This document shows, piece by piece, positions 49,872 to 59,600 of a DNA stretch of 64,000 bases (its first letter is position 1; the number at the start of each line of letters is the position of its first letter). The notes under the pieces were generated by a model that saw only the letters and a list, made by a program, of their open reading frames with translations, did no database searches and was not told where the DNA came from. The stretch is taken from NCBI GenBank assembly GCA_043760405.1, contig JAYUPB010000090.1:208-64207 (forward strand), in the 5' to 3' direction. The stretch comes from Sphingomonadales bacterium. GTDB lineage: Bacteria > Pseudomonadota > Alphaproteobacteria > Sphingomonadales > Sphingomonadaceae. The position numbers were made by a program, and so were the translations under genes.

Positions 49872-50927
49872 CTAGGTCGAATCGCCCAGCAGCAGGGAGG
49901 TCGGTAACAAGATTTCGTTAGTCTTAAATGCCCCGGTTTCAACGCGTTCGATCAAGGCTTCAGCCGCGGCAACACCAAGTTCACGCGCCGCCGATTTTAT
50001 GCTGGTCAATAATGGTTTGGCATAACGGCGATACTCAAAGCCATTGAAGCCCGTGACCATGACATCCGCCGGGATTTTGAGCTGCTGGCTTTCCAGCGCT
50101 TGCATGGCTGCTATACCCATTTGATCATTTGCGCACGCGATTGCATCAGGTTTTGGATGCGTCTCCAAATATGCAGACAACGTCGCCATAACCTCGTCGA
50201 ACTTTTCCGACGGCGTCTTTAGGAGTGTGAGCTGCGCGTTGCTTCCCGCCGATTTCAGGCCATCACGCATACCCGCAACGCGCGCTTCAATCGCCGGCCA
50301 AACAAGCTCTGGCATCAGGAACAGAATATGTTTGGCATTGCGCGCGAGCAAATGATCAGCGAGTTGCTGCCCACCGCCAAAATCATCCTGCCTTACTACC
50401 GCGAAATAAGACGACTTGGGAATGACCGTTTCTTCAACAAGGACGACTGGCTGATGAAGCGCCTCGATCTGAGCAGTGATTGCCTGACGCTCACTGACAG
50501 ACCCTGAAAGAAACATGCAATAGGCGTCGACTTCGAGATTCTGGACGACAACAGACTTTCCAAACTCATCGCGGCGACACCCGTGGATTACTGCTGAATA
50601 TCCGCGGTGGTTAAGGGTATCGGTGAAACCGGGCACCATATTAGCGGCAAATCCGTCGGTGAGGTACGCTTCGCTTTCATCGACAATGACCATCGCGATC
50701 GAATGACGCCGTGAGGTTCGAAGGCGCCGCCCGGCAGATTGGGGTCGGTATCCAAGTTTATCGATCGTCTTTTGCACACGCTTTCGTGTCTTTTCCCCGA
50801 CCGACGATGTTTTACCATTGATGACGTTGGACACCGTTGCGAGCGACACATCAGCGGCGGCTGCAACGTCCTTAATTGTGGGACGAGACAAGGTTTCTTT
50901 GGAAGGGGAGGATTTGGGATTTTGCAT
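49872..50927 (-). CDS. LacI-family transcriptional regulator
   Basis: HTH TIKDVAAAADVSLATVSNVINGK plus a periplasmic-binding-protein-like effector domain. Confidence 0.9.
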   Translation of the reverse strand: MQNPKSSPSKETLSRPTIKDVAAAADVSLATVSNVINGKTSSVGEKTRKRVQKTIDKLGYRPQSAGRRLRTSRRHSIAMVIVDESEAYLTDGFAANMVPGFTDTLNHRGYSAVIHGCRRDEFGKSVVVQNLEVDAYCMFLSGSVSERQAITAQIEALHQPVVLVEETVIPKSSYFAVVRQDDFGGGQQLADHLLARNAKHILFLMPELVWPAIEARVAGMRDGLKSAGSNAQLTLLKTPSEKFDEVMATLSAYLETHPKPDAIACANDQMGIAAMQALESQQLKIPADVMVTGFNGFEYRRYAKPLLTSIKSAARELGVAAAEALIERVETGAFKTNEILLPTSLLLGDST

Positions 50928-50938
50928 AACGTTTTATT
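50923..50938. promoter_or_regulatory. LacI-family-type operator, site 4 (TGCATAACGTTTTATT), overlapping the LacI start codon
   Basis: 12/16 match to the consensus, consistent with autoregulation. It also lies in the divergent region toward the VOC-like gene. Confidence 0.45.
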
Positions 50939-51029
50939 TAACTCAGACCCTAGATTAAGACACAGTGATTGCGGCTGATACCACGAAAATTTCCTTGTGC
51001 GCAAACTATCCCATAGGTAGAGATTTCCT

Positions 51030-51908
51030 ATGCAAAGTGAGCCCCTAAATGCCACGGCGATAGCCGATTTTGATCATCTTATGATCGCTACCTTTGACCA
51101 TGATGCGGCCATCAAAGCATATACCGAACTTGGTTTTAAAGTCAGGCCGGTTCGGCAACTCGCGCCGATGGGCGGCGGCAGCGCAGGCGGTGACGGGGGC
51201 AGCGCCGCTGTGTTGTTGCGGGCAAGGACGGCAGGATGTGCGAATTATCTTGAGCTTGCCAAAGCTGATCGGACCACAGCGATGCCCATGATGCAAGACA
51301 TCCTGTGTCAAGCGGAAGGTCCAGCGATGCTTGTGCACGCCACGCCCGATCCTGACAGGCTCGCTACAGAATGGATTGCACTTGGCGTCGATATGCAGCG
51401 TGTCCGGCTAAGCCTGACACCGTTCGGCGACGGCCCGCCAGTCGACCTAGAAGTGTTCCTGGTTCCAAAGGGTCAAGCGCCATTTCCTTTCAACGCATGC
51501 TGGTATTCCAGCCCCTATGATTTTGAGCGCGAGGCGTGGCGCGATCACCCCAATGGCGCCCTCCACTGGACCGGCTTTTCCTTTCCAGTCGATGACAATT
51601 CTTTTAACGCATCAGTAAAACGTTTTATGCAATTGTACGGCATCATTCCGTCGGCTGCTAACGACGATATTGCTGCTTTCCAGTTAGGCGAAACGACGCT
51701 GACTTTGTGGAAGAACAATGCGTTCCAACGGAAATATGGTGCCGGCGCGGATGGCGGGCTGGTTCATATAGCGGTTCAGTCGATCCCTCATTTGACCACC
51801 TATTTTGCGGAGCGTCGGATAGAATTTGTGGTGCTGGATTCGATGATCAAAGTCGATGGGCGCTATGCAAACGGGACGCACCTGCTGTTTGAACAGGTCG
51901 AAGACTAA
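51030..51908 (+). CDS. VOC/glyoxalase-like domain protein
   Basis: FDHLMIATFDHDAAIKAYTELGFKV is typical of the first beta-alpha-beta module of VOC proteins. Weak recognition only. Confidence 0.5.
   Translation: MQSEPLNATAIADFDHLMIATFDHDAAIKAYTELGFKVRPVRQLAPMGGGSAGGDGGSAAVLLRARTAGCANYLELAKADRTTAMPMMQDILCQAEGPAMLVHATPDPDRLATEWIALGVDMQRVRLSLTPFGDGPPVDLEVFLVPKGQAPFPFNACWYSSPYDFEREAWRDHPNGALHWTGFSFPVDDNSFNASVKRFMQLYGIIPSAANDDIAAFQLGETTLTLWKNNAFQRKYGAGADGGLVHIAVQSIPHLTTYFAERRIEFVVLDSMIKVDGRYANGTHLLFEQVED
51614..51629. promoter_or_regulatory. LacI-family-type operator, site 5 (AGTAAAACGTTTTATG), intragenic
   Basis: 15/16 match. It lies inside the VOC-like CDS (codons ASVKRFMQ), 300 bp upstream of the alpha/beta hydrolase start. 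Confidence 0.5.
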
Positions 51909-51927
51909 CAACGCGAGGGAAATATCT

Positions 51928-52740
51928 ATGTGGGTAGCAGAATCGCGGATCGCACAATCGACCAAAGCGCGTATTTATTATGAAATCTATGGCTGCGGCC
52001 CGTGCGTCATGATGATCCCAGGGGCGTTTGAAACCCATGTCTGTTTCTACAAAAACATTCCTGCATTTGTGCAGGCTGGATATACAGTTATTGCCACAAA
52101 CTTGCGTGGGCATTTTCAGTCGCCCTGCAAGACGGGTGATCTTGGCTTTCGGTATCACCCTGATGATATCGGGGCCGTACTGGATCAGGAGGGGATAAAA
52201 CAGACGGCCTTAATCGGATGGTCGATGGGGGGTTTTGGCGCTACCCGCTTTGCAACGCAGAATACTGATCGCGTGTCGGCGCTGGTCCTTATGGGGTCGA
52301 CCGCTGGTGTCTGGTCAGAAGAGAATTATGCCAACAATGGCAAGGCAATCGACTCCGTGATGGCAGACATCGGCAAAGGCGGTCCGTGGCCGTTCGATAT
52401 GGGCCAAGACGATGCGACCGATAAATTTTTGCGGCGACAACTGCAAATGCTGCATAGCGATGATGGGTTTCTGCCTGGGCCGGTTGCGCTGCTGCCGATG
52501 ATGATGGACAAAGATATTTGGCTCACGCCAGAGCAGCTCGCCGAATTTAACACGCCGACGCTGCTCGTCGGGGGTGATACTGATAATTTTCTGCCTGCCG
52601 GTTTCCAGCGGCATTTGCTCCAGATCCTGCCGGGTGCTGAATTGAGCGCGTTTCAGAATGCTGGCCATAATCCGCATTGGGAAGACCCAGCGCGTTTCAA
52701 CACGACAACAATCGAATGGTTGAAATCAAAAGGTTGGTGA
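51928..52740 (+). CDS. Alpha/beta hydrolase
   Basis: GAGGGA SD then ATG at 51928, nucleophile elbow GWSMGG and a C-terminal GHNPHWEDP containing the catalytic His. Confidence 0.85.
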   Translation: MWVAESRIAQSTKARIYYEIYGCGPCVMMIPGAFETHVCFYKNIPAFVQAGYTVIATNLRGHFQSPCKTGDLGFRYHPDDIGAVLDQEGIKQTALIGWSMGGFGATRFATQNTDRVSALVLMGSTAGVWSEENYANNGKAIDSVMADIGKGGPWPFDMGQDDATDKFLRRQLQMLHSDDGFLPGPVALLPMMMDKDIWLTPEQLAEFNTPTLLVGGDTDNFLPAGFQRHLLQILPGAELSAFQNAGHNPHWEDPARFNTTTIEWLKSKGW

Positions 52741-54066
52741 AAGTTGGTCTTGAGCCACAACGCTGACACGGCGTGCAGGCCAGACAATGATGAAACCGAC
52801 AAATGCGCTTGCTGCCAATACCAGCGGCAGAGATGTTGCTATTCCCGCAGTGCCGGGAAAAACATTATCATTCAATAGACCAACCAGCAGCGGCCCAACA
52901 CCAAGCCCGATAACATTTGCGCTAACGAGGCTGAGCGCTGCAATGCGTGCTCGAAACTCCGAAGGCGTAAGCAGCTGAATGGCGATGGGCACTGACGCGA
53001 GCATTGCGGTGAAACCGAAGGCTATGCCTGCATAAGCAACCCATGTTGCGGTCAAGCCATTGTTCAAGAGCAAGCTGATGGCGAACAACAGGCAAATCGT
53101 TGCTGCGAACAAAAGGCAGAGTATGGGACCGTTGTTTCGTCCGCTTTTTACTAATCTGTCGCAGGCTATTCCGCCAAGGATCGGACCAAGCGAGCCAAAT
53201 AGCAGCATGATCAGACCGAATTTCCCACCAATTTCAGACGGTGATAATCCGTGGACCCGGCCAAGACTGGCCGGCCCCCACGAAACAAACGCATATCCGA
53301 CGATGCACAAGATTCCGTAGCCGCCGAGCAGAGGTCCATAGATAGCGCGGTTCGATTTGATAAAGGCGAAAGCACTGACGCCACTTTGCGCTTCGTTTTC
53401 GGCTTGCTGCCGACCGGTCCGCTTTGGTTCGCTCACGGTCACCATTATCAGTATTGCCAATATCAGCCCTGGCAATCCTACCGCAACAAAGGTCGCCTGC
53501 CACGGCTTTAAATTCCAGCCAATATCAAGGCCGCCCTGCGAAACAAAATAGCTATACAGCTTGCCGCCGATCAGCAGTGCGAGGCCAGTTCCGATGACGC
53601 CAGCAGCCGTGAATATGCCGATAGCGCGGCCGAGTTTCGCTTTGGAAAAACGGTCCGAAAGCAAGGAATAAGCCGCCGGATTGAGTGCCGCTTCCCCGAC
53701 AGCGACGCCCGTTCGGGCAAAGAATAGCGTGGCGTAACTGCTCGCCAGGCCACAACCAATAGTCATGATGCTCCAAAGGCCAATGCCCGCAGAAACGATG
53801 TTACGGCGATTGCTTTGGTCAGCGAGCCAGCCAATTGGGACACCTGTTAGCGCGTAAAAAATGGCAAATGTCGCACCTTGCAACAGCGCGATGCCTGTAT
53901 CGGTGAGTCCCAGGTCTGCCTTGATCGGTTCAACCAAAAGGCTGATGACAGTCCGGTCGAGCATGGAAAGAATAAAGGCAAGTGACAACAGTGTGAGCAG
54001 ATACCATGCGCGCTTATCATCCTGTCTGGCCTCGTCGGGCAGAGCCTCAGCGACTGACATTAGCAT
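52726..54066 (-). CDS. MFS transporter
   Basis: 446 aa with 12 predicted TM helices and MFS loop motifs (DRTVISL, GWLADQSNRR). Confidence 0.9.
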   Translation of the reverse strand: MLMSVAEALPDEARQDDKRAWYLLTLLSLAFILSMLDRTVISLLVEPIKADLGLTDTGIALLQGATFAIFYALTGVPIGWLADQSNRRNIVSAGIGLWSIMTIGCGLASSYATLFFARTGVAVGEAALNPAAYSLLSDRFSKAKLGRAIGIFTAAGVIGTGLALLIGGKLYSYFVSQGGLDIGWNLKPWQATFVAVGLPGLILAILIMVTVSEPKRTGRQQAENEAQSGVSAFAFIKSNRAIYGPLLGGYGILCIVGYAFVSWGPASLGRVHGLSPSEIGGKFGLIMLLFGSLGPILGGIACDRLVKSGRNNGPILCLLFAATICLLFAISLLLNNGLTATWVAYAGIAFGFTAMLASVPIAIQLLTPSEFRARIAALSLVSANVIGLGVGPLLVGLLNDNVFPGTAGIATSLPLVLAASAFVGFIIVWPARRVSVVAQDQLSPTF

Positions 54067-55276
54067 TTACCTCAGGGAAGGCATCGGTCATGCTTTTGAA
54101 GTCATCTTGTTTTTTCAGCCATGCATAATCATCGTTTACGCCGACACCAACGACCACCAAAATAACGTCACGAGACGGCACAATCCTTAAAATCACCCCG
54201 CCCCAGCCGGTGTGACCAAAAGCATCAATTGGTATGCCAGAAGCGGGGGGAGCCAGTATAATTTTGGGCAGCAAGTCCATAACGAATGTAAACATCCCGT
54301 AATATTCGCCGGCGGCATTTGCTGGGTATTCAGGAGGCAATGGCTTGATCAGCGACGCGTTGCTGGGTGTGCGCATTTCATTCACCCATCCGGCAGGGAG
54401 TATTTGTTTGCCGTCCCAGGTACCGTCGCGCAAAAGGAGGTAGCCAAATCGAGCAATATCGCACGGGCTCCATCTAACGCCGGATGATCCATACCATGTG
54501 CCCTTTTGATCAAATTCCAGCTCTATGGTGTTCGCACCGATCGGGGTGCTGATCTCGTCGCGGACCCAATTGGCAACTTTGCTCCGGCTCCCGCCCACTT
54601 TTTGCAAAGCAAGCGCACCAATCAGCGAAGGTGTTCCATCCGAATACTGCCATAAAGTGCCGGGAGCATGTCTCAGCGGCTGCTTGGCAGTGTAGTGAGC
54701 CAAGTCCTTATACCCTTCGCCAAAAGCTAAGCCGATGAGCGAGGCGTCTCCTTCTTCCTCCCACCCAAGTCCGGTTGCCATATTGAGCGTATCGCGCAGG
54801 GTGATCTTCGATCGCGGGTCATTTTGTGGCCACTGCATAATGCCAAGGGGATTGTCCAATGCGGCTTTGCCATCTCTGACTAGAACGCCAGACATTGCGG
54901 CGCCCATCATTTTTGCGACAGACATTGAAAATACCGTGCGGTCACAGGTGTAACCATTGGTATAGCGTTCAGCAACGACGCGTCCTTTATGGATAACAAG
55001 CATCGCGTTTGTTTTACCCATCAACGGGTCTTTTGAGTTCATCGCTTCATCAAGCATAGCGTTAAGGCCATTGGCATCTGTACCCGCGTCAAGCTTGCTC
55101 CTCTCCCACTCAGTTGTCGGCCAGGCCAGGCCATCAGGCTGCATAGGCAAATCGCTATAAACAAATTTACGCGGCGATTTGTTTTGCTGTGCGTTTGGCT
55201 GAGCGGAAATAATCTGCACGGTTCCAACGGTGAAAGCTGTAATGGCGACTAATAAAGTAGCTTTGAACCTGTTCAT
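54047..55276 (-). CDS. Secreted beta-lactamase-fold (class C-type) serine hydrolase
   Basis: Signal peptide (VQIISAQP) and SVAK (SxxK), 409 aa. It overlaps the MFS start by 20 nt. Confidence 0.85.
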   Translation of the reverse strand: MNRFKATLLVAITAFTVGTVQIISAQPNAQQNKSPRKFVYSDLPMQPDGLAWPTTEWERSKLDAGTDANGLNAMLDEAMNSKDPLMGKTNAMLVIHKGRVVAERYTNGYTCDRTVFSMSVAKMMGAAMSGVLVRDGKAALDNPLGIMQWPQNDPRSKITLRDTLNMATGLGWEEEGDASLIGLAFGEGYKDLAHYTAKQPLRHAPGTLWQYSDGTPSLIGALALQKVGGSRSKVANWVRDEISTPIGANTIELEFDQKGTWYGSSGVRWSPCDIARFGYLLLRDGTWDGKQILPAGWVNEMRTPSNASLIKPLPPEYPANAAGEYYGMFTFVMDLLPKIILAPPASGIPIDAFGHTGWGGVILRIVPSRDVILVVVGVGVNDDYAWLKKQDDFKSMTDAFPEVNANVSR

Positions 55277-55303
55277 GCTTGCAGACCCCTGTGAAGTTAG
55301 TCT

Positions 55304-55319
55304 AGTTAAACGATTAACG
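55304..55319. promoter_or_regulatory. LacI-family-type operator, site 6 (AGTTAAACGATTAACG)
   Basis: 12/16 match, in the divergent region between the serine hydrolase/MFS unit and the 114-aa ORF/enolase unit. Confidence 0.4.
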
Positions 55320-55323
55320 TGTT

Positions 55324-55668
55324 ATGAGGGAGTTTTGGATTGTGCGCAAGATTGGAAAATGGACCTTCCGCATTATTGGTGTAATATGCCTGATCGCTAT
55401 TATTCCAGTGACGATTAAAGTGCGCGAATATGGCTATGTCACGACGCGTCTCACCGCTCGTGTCGTATGTCCCATGGTCTACATCGACGGCCGGGACACA
55501 AGCTTTGCGTTGAATCATCTGAACATGATTGGCATTGTTCCGTTTGATCCGCGTAGTATTGTTACCGTAAAACTTGATCCCAAAAAACGTGAAACTATTG
55601 TAACAGCCTACGGGATGTTTGAGGCTCGCTCCATCCACTATCCCGGCGAAGGCTGTGTAATGCAATGA
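55324..55668 (+). CDS. Hypothetical membrane-anchored protein
   Basis: 114 aa with one N-terminal TM helix (WTFRIIGVICLIAIIPV). It sits between operator site 6 and the enolase-superfamily gene. I recognise no family. Confidence 0.35.
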   Translation: MREFWIVRKIGKWTFRIIGVICLIAIIPVTIKVREYGYVTTRLTARVVCPMVYIDGRDTSFALNHLNMIGIVPFDPRSIVTVKLDPKKRETIVTAYGMFEARSIHYPGEGCVMQ

Positions 55669-55708
55669 TTCCGACCCGCAAATCATTTGATGAGAATTGA
55701 GCCCAGAT

Positions 55709-56908
55709 ATGCGCATTTCAAAAGTTGAAGTCATCCGGATTGGCGAACCGGAATGGGACACTCCGGACTGGTGGGCGACATGCAACCTCGACGGGCTGTT
55801 CGAAACTGGAGCGCGTTTTCGCAAAGACCCGATTGGGCTGTTCAACAAGCCAATTGGCGGTGTTGGCGACCCGACCTTTGCAATCATTGTGCGCATTTTC
55901 ACCGACGATGGCGTTGATGGTTTCGGCGTCGTGGCATTGGGTTCGGAAGCGGTAGCACAAGTCGTCGAAAACCGACTTGCGCCGCTAATTATTGGCCGTG
56001 ACCCGTTCGATGTCGAGCTGATCTGGGAACTGATGTACCGATCAACACTCAACATAGGCCGCAAAGGCCTCACGCTTGAGGCGATCAGCGGCGTTGATAT
56101 CGCGCTTTGGGACCTTATGGGAAAAGCCGTTGGAAAGCCTGCCTTTGCGCTGATGGGCGGGCGCACACGCGAAAAGATTCGCGGTTATGCCAGTGCAGGT
56201 TATGCAATGGAAGACCTCGACCAGATCGCAGAAATGGCGCGCGGATATCGCGCTCAGGGCTTTACCGCGATGAAGATGCGCTTCGGCTGGGGGCCAGCGG
56301 ACGGTCGCGCCGGGATGCGCCGGAATATCGAAATGGTCGCACAACTGCGTGATGCCATCGGTGATGATATGGATTTGATGGCCGACGCCTATATGGGCTG
56401 GACGACGCAATATGCCATTGAGATGCTTGAAAAACTGAAGCCATTTGAACTTGCTTGGGTCGAAGAACCAATCTCCGCTGATGACTATGATGGCTATGCC
56501 CGGATTCGCGCATCGACCAACATCGCAATCGCGGGCGGAGAGCATGAATTCACCCGTCACGGTTTCAAGGAACTCATTACGCGCGGTTGTGTTGATATCG
56601 TTCAGCTCGACGTGAATCGTTGTGGCGGCCTAACCGAAGCGCGCAAAATTGTAGCATTGGCACAGGCGTTCAATCTACCTGTCGTGCCGCACGCACCGGA
56701 AACGCCGAATATTCACCTTGTTATGGCGCACCACAATATGCCGATGCTGGAGGTGTTTCCAAATCACGGTCGCGACGGCGACACCTTCACCGGCGAGCTT
56801 GTGGTGGGCGATCCAGTCTGCACCGACGGCTATCTTGAGATGAGCGACGCGCCAGGCCTTGGCGTGCAATTGAACTGGGATGTAATCGAAAAGTATCGCG
56901 TCCTATAG
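55709..56908 (+). CDS. Enolase-superfamily (mandelate racemase/muconate lactonizing) acid-sugar dehydratase-like enzyme
   Basis: KMRFGWGP and metal-ligand contexts DAYMGW, VEEP and GGEHE in the canonical order. A TTG at 55697 is an alternative start. Confidence 0.88.
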   Translation: MRISKVEVIRIGEPEWDTPDWWATCNLDGLFETGARFRKDPIGLFNKPIGGVGDPTFAIIVRIFTDDGVDGFGVVALGSEAVAQVVENRLAPLIIGRDPFDVELIWELMYRSTLNIGRKGLTLEAISGVDIALWDLMGKAVGKPAFALMGGRTREKIRGYASAGYAMEDLDQIAEMARGYRAQGFTAMKMRFGWGPADGRAGMRRNIEMVAQLRDAIGDDMDLMADAYMGWTTQYAIEMLEKLKPFELAWVEEPISADDYDGYARIRASTNIAIAGGEHEFTRHGFKELITRGCVDIVQLDVNRCGGLTEARKIVALAQAFNLPVVPHAPETPNIHLVMAHHNMPMLEVFPNHGRDGDTFTGELVVGDPVCTDGYLEMSDAPGLGVQLNWDVIEKYRVL

Positions 56909-56917
56909 AAAACCGGA

Positions 56918-57325
56918 CTATTTTGCGGCAAGGTCAGCGAACAGCTTTTCCTCGATTTTTTCGAGGCGTGCAGCCTCGTCTATGCTGAGCACGCCGTCGT
57001 GATTGCTGTCGCCCAACTGAAACTGACCAAGCTCGTTATTGAACCATTCTTGCAAAGAGATGCGGTTATCTTTGTCGTCGTCAATCATCCAGAATATGAA
57101 GGTTTTGGTCCGCAGATCGAAATCCGTCTCGGCATAGCCGGGATGCTGAAAAAATTCGGCGTTGGACCAATGCCCGTCCTTGTTCGCGTCGCCCTGCGCA
57201 AAGAATTTCCAGTTGTCTAAGAGAGCGACCTCTATGGTGCCAGGTTCGGCCGCCGACAATAACGTCGGCGGCCACATGAGCGCGAGCGTAATCGCACCAC
57301 ACAGTTTTAAGCATTTATTTTTCAC
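56918..57325 (-). CDS. Periplasmic triple EF-hand calcium-binding protein (paralog B)
   Basis: Signal peptide and loops DANKDGHWSNAE, DDDKDNRISLQE and DSNHDGVLSIDE. It shares the invariant block SLQEWFNNELGQFQLGD with paralog A. Confidence 0.8.
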   Translation of the reverse strand: MKNKCLKLCGAITLALMWPPTLLSAAEPGTIEVALLDNWKFFAQGDANKDGHWSNAEFFQHPGYAETDFDLRTKTFIFWMIDDDKDNRISLQEWFNNELGQFQLGDSNHDGVLSIDEAARLEKIEEKLFADLAAK

Positions 57326-57362
57326 CGGTCGACTTTCAAAATACCCGCCACAAAGGCTGGTT

Positions 57363-59510
57363 TCAGAATTTATACCCTAAGGTTAGACCAAATTGACGTG
57401 CTTGCCCGGGTGTCCCGAAGAAGAAATCACTGCCCAGTGTATTGGCGTAGGTAATGTACCGTTTGTTGGCCACGTTATTGACAAAAGCTTGCACGCTGTA
57501 GCGGCCATCGTCGTAGCCGATTGACGTATTAAAAACGTCGTAGCCCGAGAGGATTCCAAATGCGTTCAGAGCATCATTTTGTTCATAAAATGTTCCGGCT
57601 GACTGCCATTCTCCCGATAGCGCTACATTGGCGATAGGTTCCCACGCTATCGAGGCAGAGGCCGAGTATTTCGGAATGATGGGGACACGGTTGCCCGTTT
57701 TATCACCTTCCGCATCCACGAAGTTCCGGTAACGAATGTCGTTATAGCCGATCCCGCCGGTTATGGTGAGCGAAGGAGCGATCCGGGCGTTCAGTTCTAC
57801 CTCAAAACCCTTTGCACGGACTTTGTTGGCATTGGACACAAACCCGGAAATGGGCGTGTCGCGGATCAATTCCTGATAGTCTGATATGTCCGTGAGATAG
57901 GCCGCTATATTAAGCGTTACACGACGATCAAACAACTGGGTCTTGGCCCCAATTTCATAATTCCAGCTTCGTTCCGCTGAAAATGTTGTGATGAGCGGAT
58001 CTGGATTATCCAGACTTGGTCCGCCAGGCAGCCACGCTCGTGCAATTGACGCATAAAGCAAAATGTCCTCAGCTGGCTTGTAATCCGCTTCTGCTCGGTA
58101 AGAGAAGAAGCTGTCCTTGTATCGGCCAAGCAATGGCGCATCTTTGACTACCGGGTCGGCAAAACCATCTAAAATATCGACGGATACGCTATTCTCTTTG
58201 ACGCTCTCATATCTGCCCCCAAAAGTGACTGAGAATTGATCGGAAACCTTGTAAGTTCCTTGAGCGAAAGCGGAAATGTTTTTCGCTTTTGTCGTATCTT
58301 CGGACAGGAATGGCACGAATGTGCCATCTGCCAAGCCAATATTGACCCGAGAATCCTCATTACGCTCAAAATAGAAAAGTCCGGCGGTCCACAAAAATGG
58401 GCCGTCACTTTTCGACGCAAGTCGCAATTCTTGTGTGAATGCCGATTGGTCGACTATAGATTGACCAAGCGTTACCCCTCCGAAAAAGGGAAGAAACGGG
58501 TCAGGAGTCTGATCAGGATCGAACGCAGGATTTTGCGTGAATTTACGGTATGCGCTGACCGAAATGAGATCCACCGCACCGAGGTCGAACGACATTTTGA
58601 ATGAGGCTTCGTCTGCATCGGACGTTGAAAATCCAGCCGTGTCAGCCGCAACCCCAAAGCGCCCGACGTTTACGCCAAACGTTGCGTTATACAGCTCACG
58701 CTCGAGCGGAATATACGCCACCCCGAAGTCAGCCTCGGAGTGGTGCTTCGAATAAATAAGGTCGAATTCGGATGTCTCACTGGGCGTAAAAATCAAACGA
58801 ACGCGGCCGGAAATACGCTTACTTTGGTCAATATTACGATCAATTATTGGATCGAAGATGAACCCATCTTTTTGCTCAAATTGCACGCCAAAACCAACTG
58901 ACAGTTTGTCAGTAATGATAGGACCCGATGCAGATAGCGAAGCACGATATTCACCGTCGTTGGTCAAGCCAAGAGATACGCGGCCTTCCGTGTCGTTGCC
59001 CGGTTTTTTAGTTTTTATGACGATCAGCCCGCCTTCTGCATTTAGGCCGTAAAGCGACGTTTGCGGTCCGCGCAATACTTCCACTTGGTCTACATCGAAG
59101 ATGCCGGAGCCGTTGACGGAAAGTTGCGTTGTAATCGGAACATCGTCGATGATCATGCCAACACGGGGCGTGCTGGTCGCATTGTTATTGCCAATACCGC
59201 GGATTGCCAGAATAGTTGTGTTCGAACCTGACCCGCTACCAAGTGCAACCAGACTCGGGGCGATGGCGTTAAGATCCCGGACTGACGTGACCTGCGCGCT
59301 TTCGAGCTGTGCGCCAGAGAGTACAGCGACTGACGCAGGCACATCTTGCAGACGCTCATCGCGCCTCCGCGCTGTAACGACTATTTCTCCGGTGCTCACT
59401 TCTTCGTCCTCGGCCTCCTGAGCAAGCGCGGGATTAATACCCACGCACAGCGCCGCAAGTGATGCCGTCATGATTAAAGCCTTGGTGGTGTTCCTGAAAG
59501 TCTGTGTCAT
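57363..59510 (-). CDS. TonB-dependent receptor
   Basis: GGAGGAG SD before the ATG at 59510, a signal peptide ending ALAQ, a plug (GEIVVTARRRDERLQDVPASVAVLSG) and a C-terminal ...LGYKF. Confidence 0.9.
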   Translation of the reverse strand: MTQTFRNTTKALIMTASLAALCVGINPALAQEAEDEEVSTGEIVVTARRRDERLQDVPASVAVLSGAQLESAQVTSVRDLNAIAPSLVALGSGSGSNTTILAIRGIGNNNATSTPRVGMIIDDVPITTQLSVNGSGIFDVDQVEVLRGPQTSLYGLNAEGGLIVIKTKKPGNDTEGRVSLGLTNDGEYRASLSASGPIITDKLSVGFGVQFEQKDGFIFDPIIDRNIDQSKRISGRVRLIFTPSETSEFDLIYSKHHSEADFGVAYIPLERELYNATFGVNVGRFGVAADTAGFSTSDADEASFKMSFDLGAVDLISVSAYRKFTQNPAFDPDQTPDPFLPFFGGVTLGQSIVDQSAFTQELRLASKSDGPFLWTAGLFYFERNEDSRVNIGLADGTFVPFLSEDTTKAKNISAFAQGTYKVSDQFSVTFGGRYESVKENSVSVDILDGFADPVVKDAPLLGRYKDSFFSYRAEADYKPAEDILLYASIARAWLPGGPSLDNPDPLITTFSAERSWNYEIGAKTQLFDRRVTLNIAAYLTDISDYQELIRDTPISGFVSNANKVRAKGFEVELNARIAPSLTITGGIGYNDIRYRNFVDAEGDKTGNRVPIIPKYSASASIAWEPIANVALSGEWQSAGTFYEQNDALNAFGILSGYDVFNTSIGYDDGRYSVQAFVNNVANKRYITYANTLGSDFFFGTPGQARQFGLTLGYKF

Positions 59511-59600
59511 AATTCCGCTCCTCCCTTTCCTCATTTATTGTGCCCAAACCTTGCTCTGACAAAACGAGCGGACGTTAAACAAAATGCGTTGCGCCAGAAT

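Noticed and set aside
55306-56166. 286-aa minus-strand ORF
   Set aside because: It is antisense to the strongly recognisable enolase-superfamily gene and to the 114-aa ORF. Its composition is Ser/Pro/Arg-rich with low complexity, so it is a typical shadow ORF.
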